From positions 1,728,001-1,792,000 of the forward strand of contig OY843751.1 in assembly GCA_963693055.1 (NCBI GenBank): a DNA stretch of 64,000 nt, read 5' to 3'. Positions 39,330-49,754 of this stretch are shown here, one piece after another (the first letter of the stretch is position 1; every line of letters starts with the position of its first letter). The DNA comes from a bacterium (GTDB lineage: Bacteria; Zhuqueibacterota; Zhuqueibacteria; Residuimicrobiales; Krinioviventaceae). The notes under the pieces are model-generated. The model was not told where the DNA came from and ran no database searches. It was given only the letters and a program-made list of their open reading frames with translations. A program made the position numbers and the translations under genes.

Positions 39330-39363
39330 AAAAAAAGGCCCCAAATTACGGGGCCTTTTTTTT
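39330..39363. terminator. Bidirectional intrinsic terminator
   Basis: A7-GGCCCC-loop-GGGGCC-T8. Confidence 0.9.
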
Positions 39364-39430
39364 ATTCACTAGAAATGAAAAAAGCTTCTGTAAACAGAAG
39401 CTTTATAAATAAATAGAAGAAATTTTGGAA

Positions 39431-39622
39431 TTACAGGGCCTTTTCAACCTTACCAGAACGAAGGCAACGTGTGCAGACATATGCATTTTTAACCGAACCT
39501 TCATGGCGAATTCTCAATTTCTTGAGATTTGGCATCCAACGACGTTTCGATAGATTGTGTGCGTGACTAACATTGTTACCTACTAATGGCCCTTTTCCAC
39601 ATATGCTACATTTCTTTGCCAT
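39431..39622 (-). CDS. rpmB: 50S ribosomal protein bL28
   Basis: [29 protein letters not shown]. Confidence 0.97.
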   Translation of the reverse strand: MAKKCSICGKGPLVGNNVSHAHNLSKRRWMPNLKKLRIRHEGSVKNAYVCTRCLRSGKVEKAL

Positions 39623-39673
39623 TTTTAACTCCTGTATGGAAATTTATTCTATATTTCAACAATAAAGCTTATC

Positions 39674-39702
39674 AATATATACAATTTAACCTTTAAAATC
39701 AA
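39674..39702 (-). promoter_or_regulatory. Sigma70-type promoter for rpmB
   Basis: TTGATT-N17-TATATT on the minus strand. Confidence 0.55.
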
Positions 39703-39826
39703 GTTTAAAATTAAAAATTATAGATATTTGTGCTTTTTCTGTAATTTTTTTGTAATAAAAATCCAATATTGTATTTAAATATTAAATACATTACATTCTT
39801 TATTATAATATTTTGAGGCCTGTGGT

Positions 39827-41002
39827 ATGCGTTACATAATAACAATCTTAATCGTGATGGTTTTATTTGCAATATCATATTCAGATACAAACCCACTTTA
39901 TGTAAAAGCAAACAAAAGTGATTTTGACCAAAATCCTGCTTTGCTTGAACGTATTATAGATTCACCTCATGGATATTTTAGATTTATTAATATAGAATTT
40001 AGTCAATATATTTGCGAGCATTTTAAAGATATCGTTGAACAGGCCCCATCTTTAAATCTGCATGGTGATGCGCATCTTGAACAATATGCTGTAACTGATC
40101 TGGGTAGAGGTTTGACAGACTTTGATGATTCTTCTACCGGCCCCGGAATAATTGATTTAATGCGTTTTATAGTTTCTCTCCGCTTAACCTGTTTTCAGCT
40201 TGGGTGGGAGGAAAGGACTGAAGAGTTGGTTGACGAGTTTATTTTAGGTTATATTAATTCGCTTGATAAGCCTGAATTGGTTCCACAGGAACCGGATATA
40301 GCCAAACACATCAGAACAGAATTCAAACACGACAGAGATGCGTATTTTGATTGGATTGATTCAATAATGCTCCCCATGCCACAGACAGAAAAAGACTCTA
40401 TAATTGTTGCTATGGGCTTTTATGTTGAAACATCATTGATGGATAATCCTGATTTGAACAGAGATTTTTATGATGTTATCGATATGGGTTATCTCAAAAT
40501 GGGAATTGGAAGTGCTCTTGATTTAAAATATGTTGTTCGTGTTAATGGCAGTACAGATGAACCTGATGATGATATTGTGCTCGAAATAAAACAGGTCAGG
40601 GATCTTACCGGAATAGATTGTATTCAAACCGGGCAAAAACAGGATCCTTTCAGAATCCTTGTTGGGCAGTCTCGCATAGCATATGAGCCTTTTCATCATT
40701 TGGGTTATTTTCGTTTCAGGAATATGAATTTCTGGGTACATTCATGGGTAGACAATTATAAAGAATTATCAATAGATAAAAGCTATACATATCCTTCAGA
40801 GTTAAAGCAGGTTATTTATGATGTAGGTGTTCAATTAGGTAAAGGTCATGTTAAGCATATAGCAGCCCCTTTTGATCTGCATGTTAGACTTGAACAGATT
40901 AATCTGGTAGCAAAAAACAAAGAGAGAATTCTACGCGAAAGTAAAATTCTCTCTCAAAATGTGATAGACGCCTGGAGATTATTTAAAAGATCTATAGAGT
41001 GA
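39827..41002 (+). CDS. DUF2252-like kinase-fold protein with signal peptide
   Basis: SP..YFR, HGDAH, DFDD, GIGS, LEIK motifs. Confidence 0.7.
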   Translation: MRYIITILIVMVLFAISYSDTNPLYVKANKSDFDQNPALLERIIDSPHGYFRFINIEFSQYICEHFKDIVEQAPSLNLHGDAHLEQYAVTDLGRGLTDFDDSSTGPGIIDLMRFIVSLRLTCFQLGWEERTEELVDEFILGYINSLDKPELVPQEPDIAKHIRTEFKHDRDAYFDWIDSIMLPMPQTEKDSIIVAMGFYVETSLMDNPDLNRDFYDVIDMGYLKMGIGSALDLKYVVRVNGSTDEPDDDIVLEIKQVRDLTGIDCIQTGQKQDPFRILVGQSRIAYEPFHHLGYFRFRNMNFWVHSWVDNYKELSIDKSYTYPSELKQVIYDVGVQLGKGHVKHIAAPFDLHVRLEQINLVAKNKERILRESKILSQNVIDAWRLFKRSIE

Positions 41003-42080
41003 AATTTACTCCTCGTTTTTCTGCAATTTCACCCAGTGTTTTAAATACCGTATCTTGAATGGGTATACCTTTACTCATATATTCATCGTGCTTGTTATAT
41101 TCTTTTTCACCATGAATATAAATATGGGGTTCATCTTTTGCTTTAGCCGAGTTGGTTATTCTTTCAACCAGATCATCCATATTCGTTGTAAATGTATCAA
41201 AGTCAACAAAACAGTTAACATCAATTGCCCAAAAAAAGTGACTAACATTTGCCGGAGCGGGTTTGCCGTCTTTGGGTTTGTTGACCAGGTTTGCATACGC
41301 TCCACCCGAAAGCACACCACTAAGCACGTCAACCAAGACTGCCATTCCATATCCTTTATAGCCGCTGTATAGTTCACCAGCACCTCCCAGTGGTAGGATC
41401 CCACCTCCTAATCTTTGCAATACATTGTTTAAAACTGTTCCGGGATCAGTCATAACCAATCCTTCGGTATCAACTGCCCAACCTTCAGGCATTTGCTTGT
41501 GTTCGCGATTATAGACTTCCAGCTTTCCCCTGGGAACAACAGATGTTGCCATATCCAGAACAAAGGGGCGCTTTTTCTTAGTAGGTACAGCAAAACTGAT
41601 TGGATTGGTACCAATTACCATCTCTTTTCCAAAAGTAGGTACTACCAGAGGTGCAGAGTTGGTCATTGAAATACCAATCATATTTTCTTTGAGAATCATC
41701 ATGCTGTAATAGCCGGCTATACCGTAATGGTTCGAGTTTTTTACAGTAACCATGCCAATGCATGATGTTTTGGCTTTTTGAATAGCAAGTTTTGTTGCAA
41801 AATAGCCATTGAGTTGCCCTAATCCCGCATTGCCTTCAATTGCAGCTGTTACGGGATTTTCTTTGATTATTTCAGGCTTTGCTTGTGGAAAAATGGTACC
41901 ATTTTCCATTCCGTCAACATATCGTTTCAACCTGGCGACACCGTGTGAAGGTATGCCACGAAGATCTGACATGACCAGAATATCAGCACAAACCCCCGCG
42001 TCCTGACTTGACAGATTAAATGTTGAAAAGATATTTTGAGTAAATTCTTTTAGATCTTCAAATTTAACCGTCGGCATCAC
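40992..42080 (-). CDS. Ldh_2-family malate/L-lactate dehydrogenase
   Basis: SHGV.RL, NHYG, GTNPI, LDMATS, GYKGYG. Confidence 0.92.
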   Translation of the reverse strand: MMPTVKFEDLKEFTQNIFSTFNLSSQDAGVCADILVMSDLRGIPSHGVARLKRYVDGMENGTIFPQAKPEIIKENPVTAAIEGNAGLGQLNGYFATKLAIQKAKTSCIGMVTVKNSNHYGIAGYYSMMILKENMIGISMTNSAPLVVPTFGKEMVIGTNPISFAVPTKKKRPFVLDMATSVVPRGKLEVYNREHKQMPEGWAVDTEGLVMTDPGTVLNNVLQRLGGGILPLGGAGELYSGYKGYGMAVLVDVLSGVLSGGAYANLVNKPKDGKPAPANVSHFFWAIDVNCFVDFDTFTTNMDDLVERITNSAKAKDEPHIYIHGEKEYNKHDEYMSKGIPIQDTVFKTLGEIAEKRGVNFTL

Positions 42081-42103
42081 TACACCTCATATGTTTGATG
42101 AAT

Positions 42104-44806
42104 TTATTTTAACATATCACGCAGAACGGTTTGTAAAATACCTCCCTGACGGTAATATGTGATTTCAACAGGTGTATCCAGGCGCAGTGTTACAGTGAAT
42201 GATGTTGTTTTACCGGTCTCGTCTACTGCATTAACATTAATTCCCTGCATGGGTTGCAAATCGTTTGTCAGTTGAATGGAATACTGTTCATAACCTGTAA
42301 GGCCCAAAGATTTTGCCGATTCGTTTTCATTGAATTGTAGTGGGAGAACTCCCATTCCTACCAGGTTACTCCGATGGATACGTTCAAAACTTTCAGCAAT
42401 TACTGTTTTTACTCCCAGCAACAAGGTCCCTTTGGCAGCCCAATCTCTTGAACTTCCCGTGCCATATTCTTTGCCAGCCAAAACAACCAGGGGAGTATTT
42501 TCTTTTTTATACATTTCTGCGGCATCATATATCCACATTTGCTGCTTTTCCGGCAAGTGTAATGTTACGCCACCTTCAGTGCCCGGAGCCAGGAGGTTTT
42601 TTAAACGAATATTGCCAAACGTGCCCCGTACCATAATTCTGTCGTTTCCGCGTCTTGATCCATAAGAGTTGAAATCTTGAGGTTCTATTCCCATTGATTT
42701 AAGGTATGTAGCCGCAGGACTGTCTTCAGGAATGGCCCCGGCAGGAGAAATATGGTCTGTAGTTACAGAATCACCCAATAACGCGAGAACACGTGCATTG
42801 TAGATTGAAGAAATGGGTTCGGGATTGGGTTGCATATCGATGAAAAAGGGCGGTTCCTGAATGTAACTGGAATCTGCCTGCCATTGATATAATGCTGAAG
42901 TAGTAACAGGGATATCATTCCATTGCTGGCTATAAGAATTGACATCAGCATACATTTTTTTAAATACTTTAGCGTCAGCAGCTTTTTCTACATAAGAAAG
43001 GATTTCTTTTTGTGTTGGCCAAATATCTTTGAGATAAACGGATTCACCAGAAGACGTTTTACCCAGTGGTTCGTTTTCAAGATCCACATCTACGGTACCG
43101 GCAATTGCATAGGCAACAACCAACGGAGGAGATGCAAGATAATTTGCTTTTGTATAGGGATTAACCCTGCCTTCAAAATTACGGTTACCACTCAAAACAG
43201 AAGCTGCAACCAGATCCTGTTCTTTGATAGCGGATGAAACTGCTTCTGGCAATGGACCACTGTTGCCTATACAGGTTGCGCAACCATAACCCACCGTGTG
43301 AAATCCGAGTTTTTCGAGGTATTCAGTCAGTCCTGCTTTGTCCAGATAATCTGTAACAACTCTAGAACCAGGAGCCAGGCTGGTTTTAACGTAACCCGGG
43401 ACTTTTAATCCTTTTTCTACTGCTTTTTTGGCCAAAAGACCTGCCCCCAGCATGACTGATGGATTGCTGGTATTTGTACAACTGGTAATGGATGCAATTA
43501 CCACCGAACCGTGTTTTAATTCATAGCCACCATTCATGTCAAGAGATGCTTTACGTGTAAGGTCTTTGTCTTCCAGACTAAATCCACGTTTTTCAGCGGG
43601 AGCTGTTAAAATATCTTGAAATGTTTTTTTCATATCGGAAAGGTTGATACGATCCTGAGGGCGTTTGGGACCGGCAAGACTGGGCACAACATCACCCAGA
43701 TCCAATTCTATGGTATCTGAGAATTCAGGATCAGGTGTTTGGTCTGTACGGAATAATCCCTGTTCTTTTGTATAGCGTTCTACAAGATCAACAAGATCAT
43801 CTGAACGACCAGTGCGACGTAAAAAGTTGAGGCTTTCGTTATCCATTGGGAAAAATCCCATGGTTGCACCATATTCTGGTGCCATATTGGCTATTGTTGC
43901 CCGGTCTGGTAAACTCATGCTGCCTACACCCGGACCATAAAATTCTACAAATTTGCCTACAACGCCTTTTTGTCTCAACATTTCTACAACTTTGAGTGCA
44001 ATATCAGTTGCGGTTGCACCTTGTGGAACAGCACCGGATAGTTTGAATCCTACCACTTGCGGTGCGAGCATATAAAGGGGTTGGCCCAGCATAACTGCTT
44101 CTGCTTCAATTCCACCAACACCCCAACCCACAATACCCAAGCCGTTGATCATGGTTGTATGTGAATCGGTTCCTACAAGACTGTCCGGATAGACCAGTGT
44201 TTCAGTTCCTGAATTGTCTGTAAATACGCCTCTGGCAAAATATTCCAGGTTTACCTGATGAATAATACCAACACCGGGAGGGACAACACCAAATTTTTTG
44301 AATGCCTGTTGACCCCATTTGAGGAATTCGTAACGTTCGCGGTTACGTTTAAATTCTAAATCCATATTAAATACGAGAGAACGTGCTTCGCCAAAACTGT
44401 CTATCTGTACAGAATGATCAATTACCAGATCGCAGGGGATGAGGGGTTCGATCTTTTGTGGATCTCCGCCCAGTCGCTTCATTGCTGAGCGCATTGCAGC
44501 CAGGTCAACCAGAGAGGGTACACCGGTAAAATCCTGCAGAATGACTCGTGCTGGTTTAAAAGGAACTTCTTTTAAAGAAGGATTAGATGCCTGCCATTGC
44601 GCAAGGTTGAGAACATCCTGCTCATTTATTATGGAATTGTCACAATTACGTAAAACAGATTCCAGTAATATTTTAATACTGAAAGGAAGTTTGGAAACTG
44701 CAATACCACTTTTATTTTCCAATGCTTGTAACGCGTACATGTACGCGGTGCCCCCGGCTGTTTTAATGGGAGATTTTGCGTCAAAAGAATTTTGTTTTAA
44801 AGACAT
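42104..44806 (-). CDS. acnA: Aconitate hydratase A
   Basis: [42 protein letters not shown]. Confidence 0.98.
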   Translation of the reverse strand: MSLKQNSFDAKSPIKTAGGTAYMYALQALENKSGIAVSKLPFSIKILLESVLRNCDNSIINEQDVLNLAQWQASNPSLKEVPFKPARVILQDFTGVPSLVDLAAMRSAMKRLGGDPQKIEPLIPCDLVIDHSVQIDSFGEARSLVFNMDLEFKRNRERYEFLKWGQQAFKKFGVVPPGVGIIHQVNLEYFARGVFTDNSGTETLVYPDSLVGTDSHTTMINGLGIVGWGVGGIEAEAVMLGQPLYMLAPQVVGFKLSGAVPQGATATDIALKVVEMLRQKGVVGKFVEFYGPGVGSMSLPDRATIANMAPEYGATMGFFPMDNESLNFLRRTGRSDDLVDLVERYTKEQGLFRTDQTPDPEFSDTIELDLGDVVPSLAGPKRPQDRINLSDMKKTFQDILTAPAEKRGFSLEDKDLTRKASLDMNGGYELKHGSVVIASITSCTNTSNPSVMLGAGLLAKKAVEKGLKVPGYVKTSLAPGSRVVTDYLDKAGLTEYLEKLGFHTVGYGCATCIGNSGPLPEAVSSAIKEQDLVAASVLSGNRNFEGRVNPYTKANYLASPPLVVAYAIAGTVDVDLENEPLGKTSSGESVYLKDIWPTQKEILSYVEKAADAKVFKKMYADVNSYSQQWNDIPVTTSALYQWQADSSYIQEPPFFIDMQPNPEPISSIYNARVLALLGDSVTTDHISPAGAIPEDSPAATYLKSMGIEPQDFNSYGSRRGNDRIMVRGTFGNIRLKNLLAPGTEGGVTLHLPEKQQMWIYDAAEMYKKENTPLVVLAGKEYGTGSSRDWAAKGTLLLGVKTVIAESFERIHRSNLVGMGVLPLQFNENESAKSLGLTGYEQYSIQLTNDLQPMQGINVNAVDETGKTTSFTVTLRLDTPVEITYYRQGGILQTVLRDMLK

Positions 44807-44822
44807 GTTTAATCTTTCATGT

Positions 44823-45491
44823 TTAAGATTCTAACCAATAAACTGTTAATTTACGTGGGCCATGAGCACCCAAAATTAATATTTTTTCTATATCCGCTGT
44901 GCGGCTGGGCCCCGTAATAAAAAGCATATTTTTTTTCTTTTCATCCGGAATGATTTCCATGAGTTCAAACATATTGGCAACAAGTTGATCGGGCTTGACA
45001 ATCACATAGATACTGTCAGGTAAAAAGTGAGGATATAAGCTGGGTATATTGTCAAGCAATACAACCAGTGAAGCAACATCTGCAATTGCATAATCTACAC
45101 TTACCAACGATGCCTGTATATTTGCCAGTGTTGATTTTCTGTCCTGTTCAGGAATGTCAACAGTATTTGTACATTGAATGTCTGATAAATTTGACATTTG
45201 TGAAAAAATGCTATCTGTGCCCATAAATGCAATTGTACTATTGTTTCCTGCAAGCAAGTCTCTATAAAGATGCTCAACCAGTATTTTTTCACTGGAAACA
45301 GTTACAAACTCTGCTGAAACTGCTTGCAGTTCTTTTTCAAACTGTTCTTTTAATCCTTTATCATCCAAGGGTGTTATGGCTGTTAATTTGGATTCAATCT
45401 TTTTTTCAACATATTCCGGTTTATCCGGCAAATGGGATGAGGTTTTAACTGCCTTTTTTATGGCATTCAAGATTTTCTCTCTACTTGGCAT
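44823..45491 (-). CDS. lutC: Lactate utilization protein C (LUD domain)
   Basis: SREKIL start, [16 protein letters not shown]. Confidence 0.88.
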   Translation of the reverse strand: MPSREKILNAIKKAVKTSSHLPDKPEYVEKKIESKLTAITPLDDKGLKEQFEKELQAVSAEFVTVSSEKILVEHLYRDLLAGNNSTIAFMGTDSIFSQMSNLSDIQCTNTVDIPEQDRKSTLANIQASLVSVDYAIADVASLVVLLDNIPSLYPHFLPDSIYVIVKPDQLVANMFELMEIIPDEKKKNMLFITGPSRTADIEKILILGAHGPRKLTVYWLES

Positions 45492-45589
45492 TATCGGTTT
45501 CCAAATTTTTGTTAATATTCTGAGATTAAACAACGAAAAACACAAAAGGTACGAAAAAGACCTTGAGGTTCGATTAATTTATCAAGCAA

Positions 45590-46984
45590 TTATTTATTTT
45601 TCATTTCTAAAAAGCGTTTTCTGAACCCTTTATTATCAAATTTGCCAAGGGCACGTTCTTTGGTATATCCGGGAGCAGGAAATGACTGTCCTTTGGGTAA
45701 TAACATTTGAATTTTTCCCGGGAACCATGTTGCAAATCTATAAAGTTTTGGGTGTCTGGCAAGAAATGCCCAAATGTCCATGCCTATTTTTTCAATTTTC
45801 ATAGAATATCCCTTTTCCACTACATTATTGCGGAGCTTTAACAGATGGTGAGGGATATTGATTCTAACCGGACAGATTTCGAAACAGGCTCCACATAAAC
45901 TAGACAGGTAGGGAGAATATTTGCCTTCTTTTTCTCCGAGATATTGGGGAATCAAAGTAATACCTATGGGGCCCATATACACCCAACCATACGCGTGGCC
46001 ACCTATTTGTTGATAAATGGGGCATACGTTAAGGCATGCTCCACACCGAATGCAAAAAAGGGATTCGCGCAGTTCAGGATCAGCTAGCATTTTGGACCGG
46101 CCATTGTCCAAGAGAACTATATGCATGTCTTCCGGACCTTCTTTTAATTTAGGAAAAGCAGGGCCGCCAACAATATTTACATAAACAGAAGCTTTTTGTC
46201 CTGTTGCGCTGGGACCTAATAGCTTGAGGAAAACGGCCAGATCATTCATATTGGGAATGATCTTTTCAATTCCCATAACCGCTATATGTGTTTTGGGGAC
46301 ACCAACAGTCAGACGGGCATTTGCTTCATTTTCAACGACAACTACCGAGCCAGAATCTGCAACAGCGAAATTTACACCTGAAATGCCAATATCTGCATTG
46401 AGAAATTTTTCTCTTAGTGTGTTTCTGGCTATGGTAAGCAATTCGTTAGGATCTTCAGTATAATCAATACCTAATTTTTCATGAAAAACCTTGCCAATAT
46501 CCTGCCGGTTTAAGTGTAATGCCGGAGCTGTAAGGTGAGAAGGAATTTGACCCAACAATTGTACAATATATTCACCTAAATCTGTCTCTAGCGTCTCGAG
46601 ATCATTTTCAATAAGAAAATCATTGAGGTGCAATTCTTCGGTGGTAAGAGATTTTGATTTTACAATGGTTTTGGCGTGTTTTTCGCGAGCAATGTTTAAT
46701 ATAATCTGTCGGGCTTCTTTGGCATTTGCTGCCCAATGAACATGAATACCATTGGAAATACATTTTTTTTCAAATGTTTCCAGATAGGTATCCAAATGCT
46801 CCATAACATCTCGTTTAATGGAGTGGGCTTTGTAACGTAATTCCTCCCAATAGGGAATTTGTTCTTTTTTGTCGTTACGTTTTGCTAATGATGTTTGTGT
46901 TGCTTTATCTACAGATGCTCTTAATCGACTGTCTAGCAGTGCTTCTTTGACATATGTTTTTGTTTTTGTAGGTGAAAGATTCAT
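45590..46984 (-). CDS. lutB: Lactate utilization Fe-S protein B
   Basis: KSKS, ETDLGEYI, PSH..PA.H, CIRCGACLNVCP. Confidence 0.93.
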   Translation of the reverse strand: MNLSPTKTKTYVKEALLDSRLRASVDKATQTSLAKRNDKKEQIPYWEELRYKAHSIKRDVMEHLDTYLETFEKKCISNGIHVHWAANAKEARQIILNIAREKHAKTIVKSKSLTTEELHLNDFLIENDLETLETDLGEYIVQLLGQIPSHLTAPALHLNRQDIGKVFHEKLGIDYTEDPNELLTIARNTLREKFLNADIGISGVNFAVADSGSVVVVENEANARLTVGVPKTHIAVMGIEKIIPNMNDLAVFLKLLGPSATGQKASVYVNIVGGPAFPKLKEGPEDMHIVLLDNGRSKMLADPELRESLFCIRCGACLNVCPIYQQIGGHAYGWVYMGPIGITLIPQYLGEKEGKYSPYLSSLCGACFEICPVRINIPHHLLKLRNNVVEKGYSMKIEKIGMDIWAFLARHPKLYRFATWFPGKIQMLLPKGQSFPAPGYTKERALGKFDNKGFRKRFLEMKNK

Positions 46985-46997
46985 AATAAACCTGCTG

Positions 46998-47723
46998 TTA
47001 TAAATTCATGCTCTGGGCTAAAATATCTGCAATGTGTATTGCTCTGGCTTTCATATTGTGTTTTCGTAGGTAGCCATCAATATTCATTAAACAACTTGAA
47101 TCTGTACTTGTCACATAATCTGCACCGCTTTCATCTATATATTTACATTTTCTTGCAACCATGGAAATTGACATGTCTGCGTATTTATAAGAAAAGGTGC
47201 CACCAAATCCACAACAGGTATCTGATTTTTCCATTTCAACAAAATCAATTCCTTTGATGGATTTTAATAATTTGCGAGGTTGTTCTTTGATGCCTAATTC
47301 ACGAAGAGCATGACAAGAGTCGTGATATGTTACTTTATGGCTGAATGTGCCATCCACTTTATCCATATTCACAACTTTGATTAGAAACTCTGTAAATTCA
47401 AAGATTTTGCTACTTAGTTCGTCTCTTGCTGAATGCAATTGTGGATTAATATCAAGTTCGTGATAGAATTTCCTTACCATGGTTACACAGGAACCAGAAG
47501 GGGAGACAACATATTCTTTGCCCTGAAAGAGTTTAATGAATCTTTCAGCTACAGGTACAACTTGTTTACGATATCCGGAATTAAAAGCGGGTTGTCCGCA
47601 GCAGGTTTGATCATTTACATATTCTATTTCAGCGCCAATGTGCTCAAGAACTTTGACCATAGAAATAGCCGATTCCGGGTATAAATGTTCGGATAAACAT
47701 GGAATAAAAAGGGCGACTTTCAT
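46998..47723 (-). CDS. lutA: Lactate utilization protein A (CCG domains)
   Basis: MKVALFIPC start, QTCCGQP, SGSC, YHDSCH, CCGFGG. Confidence 0.93.
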   Translation of the reverse strand: MKVALFIPCLSEHLYPESAISMVKVLEHIGAEIEYVNDQTCCGQPAFNSGYRKQVVPVAERFIKLFQGKEYVVSPSGSCVTMVRKFYHELDINPQLHSARDELSSKIFEFTEFLIKVVNMDKVDGTFSHKVTYHDSCHALRELGIKEQPRKLLKSIKGIDFVEMEKSDTCCGFGGTFSYKYADMSISMVARKCKYIDESGADYVTSTDSSCLMNIDGYLRKHNMKARAIHIADILAQSMNL

Positions 47724-47962
47724 CAGAATTCTCACTTTAAGTCTTGTAATTGTAATGGTTAAGAACTTGGTAGAAAAGAACCTATAATTTAAAATAATTA
47801 ATTTTCTCTGAAAATCAATTAAATAATGTAAATTTGTTTCCTGTTGTATGATTTTGATGTGTACTGCAAACAGGTTGAGATAAATCAACTCATACGCAAC
47901 CCAGGGGAAATATGAGCCCCGGTATATATTATATAAAATGACTATTGATCATTTTAAAAATC

Positions 47963-47994
47963 ACATCCGGCCAGCGTATATTCTGACCGGATGT
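47963..47994 (-). terminator. Hairpin downstream of icd
   Basis: ACATCCGG...CCGGATGT stem with a nearby T run on the minus strand. Confidence 0.55.
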
Positions 47995-48012
47995 TTGTAA
48001 GCTTTATTTTAA

Positions 48013-49209
48013 TCAAGCAGTATATTGTTTGTATTTTTCGTCTAGATCAGGCAGTTGAACTGTTTCCAGGATGTAATCGCAGAATTCACGTCCGGTTACG
48101 CCATTGTCACGACCAGTAATGATCATTTTTTTCTCAAATTGCTGGCATATTTCAAGAGCTTTGCCAAGTTGATCAGCTTTTTCAATGTATCCGATATGTT
48201 CAAGCATCATTGCTGCGGCACGGATCAGGCTTGAAGGATCTGCATATTTCCCGCGTCCTTCTTTAATCATACGAGGAGCTGAACCATGAATTGCTTCAAA
48301 CATTGCATAACGTTTACCAATATTAGCGCTTCCCGCGGTACCAACGCCACCCTGGAATTCAGCAGCTTCGTCAGTTAAAATGTCACCATAGAGGTTGGGA
48401 AGAACCATAACCTTAAACTGGGTGCGGCGTTTGGGGTCAACCAGCTTGGCGGTCATAATGTCAATATACCAACCTTCCCATTTAACATTGGGATAATCTT
48501 TAGCTACGCGCTCAGCAGTTTCAAGGAAAAGACCGTCAGTTGTTTTTACAACATTGGCTTTGGTTACAACAGTAACGTCATTCAGGCCTGTTTTATGTGC
48601 GTAATCAAATGCCATACGAATGATACGCTCTGCACCTTGTTTGGAAATAACCTTAAAGTCCATTGCAAGGTCATCAGTTACCATAAGGCCTTTACTACCT
48701 AGCACATAGGCACCTTCAGTGTTTTCACGAAAGAAAGTCCAGTTCAAGCCTTCTTTTGGAACTTTGACCGGGCGAACATTGGCAAACAGGTCCAGTTCAC
48801 GACGCATAGCAACATTTGCGCTTTCAATGTTGGGGTAGGGCCCGCCTTTTTCCGGAGTTGTTGTTGGCGCTTTAAGGATGACGTGACATGCTTTGAGCTC
48901 TTTCAGAACATCATCTGGAATTGCTTTCATATGCTCAACACGATTTTCAATGGTCAAACCTTCAATGGGTGTGAATTCAAGTTTGCCTTTGGCAATTTCA
49001 TCTTTGAGAAGAATCTCTAAAAGGCGTTGGGTTTCCTGAGAAATGATGGGACCTATGCCATCTCCCCAGCAGAAACCGATTTTGATTGGTGATAATTTAC
49101 TATAATCAATCCAGTCTTCAGCTTGTTTCATCTTTTCTACGCGTTCAAGCTGTTCCGCAATCAGTGTTCCTAGATGTTCTTTTGCTTTTTCAATTGCTTT
49201 TTCACTCAT
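48013..49209 (-). CDS. icd: Isocitrate dehydrogenase (isocitrate/isopropylmalate family)
   Basis: GDGIG, PTTTP, SANVAMR, RENTEG, NLYGDILTD, FEAIHGSAP; near aconitase and citrate synthase. Confidence 0.82.
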   Translation of the reverse strand: MSEKAIEKAKEHLGTLIAEQLERVEKMKQAEDWIDYSKLSPIKIGFCWGDGIGPIISQETQRLLEILLKDEIAKGKLEFTPIEGLTIENRVEHMKAIPDDVLKELKACHVILKAPTTTPEKGGPYPNIESANVAMRRELDLFANVRPVKVPKEGLNWTFFRENTEGAYVLGSKGLMVTDDLAMDFKVISKQGAERIIRMAFDYAHKTGLNDVTVVTKANVVKTTDGLFLETAERVAKDYPNVKWEGWYIDIMTAKLVDPKRRTQFKVMVLPNLYGDILTDEAAEFQGGVGTAGSANIGKRYAMFEAIHGSAPRMIKEGRGKYADPSSLIRAAAMMLEHIGYIEKADQLGKALEICQQFEKKMIITGRDNGVTGREFCDYILETVQLPDLDEKYKQYTA

Positions 49210-49241
49210 AATAACTCCTGTGTTGATTGGGGTCCCATGTT

Positions 49242-49754
49242 TTAATAAACATTTTGGTCATCGGAAAAATCTTTGCGATCTTTTTTATATATATAAAAAC
49301 GCTCTTTTAAGGTATTTAATTCATTTTGAATATCCAAAGTTTTAGAAACATAATATTTGGCAAAGTTGTCTCTTGCGACAGCAAATGCCCTGTTACATTC
49401 CGTTAATAATTCCACCAGTTCTTCAGATAAAGGATAGCAAGTGGTAAGCATACTCCAGAATTCATTCTCAAATATACGGATGGCTTTTTGTACTTCTTCC
49501 AATGTATAGCCTTCATTTGAGCGTTTGTTTGCAAGATTTTCCATATATTGAATTAATGGTTTGTCATCACAATCGGCAATTACTTTGAGCATTATATCAA
49601 GAAATTCTTCTTCGCGTTCCTGATGACGTTCAAAGTCAATAATCTCATAATGTGATTCTGACATTTTTTGCAGTTTATTACAAATTCTGTTTATCAGATC
49701 ATCGCGGTGTTCTTTGATGACACGTTTGAGATTACTGTTTGTGCAGTGTGTCAT
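49242..49754 (-). CDS. Stand-alone RsbRD-N-like helical (globin-like) protein
   Basis: All-helical pattern, HRDDLI and LANKRSNEGYTLEEVQKAI resembling RsbRD_N; C-terminal coiled coil. Confidence 0.55.
   Translation of the reverse strand: MTHCTNSNLKRVIKEHRDDLINRICNKLQKMSESHYEIIDFERHQEREEEFLDIMLKVIADCDDKPLIQYMENLANKRSNEGYTLEEVQKAIRIFENEFWSMLTTCYPLSEELVELLTECNRAFAVARDNFAKYYVSKTLDIQNELNTLKERFYIYKKDRKDFSDDQNVY

Noticed and set aside
47724-47888. N-terminal extension of lutA (likewise lutC, ruvA, amn)
   Set aside because: Family-typical starts lie downstream; the extensions are AT-rich intergenic or overlapping sequence
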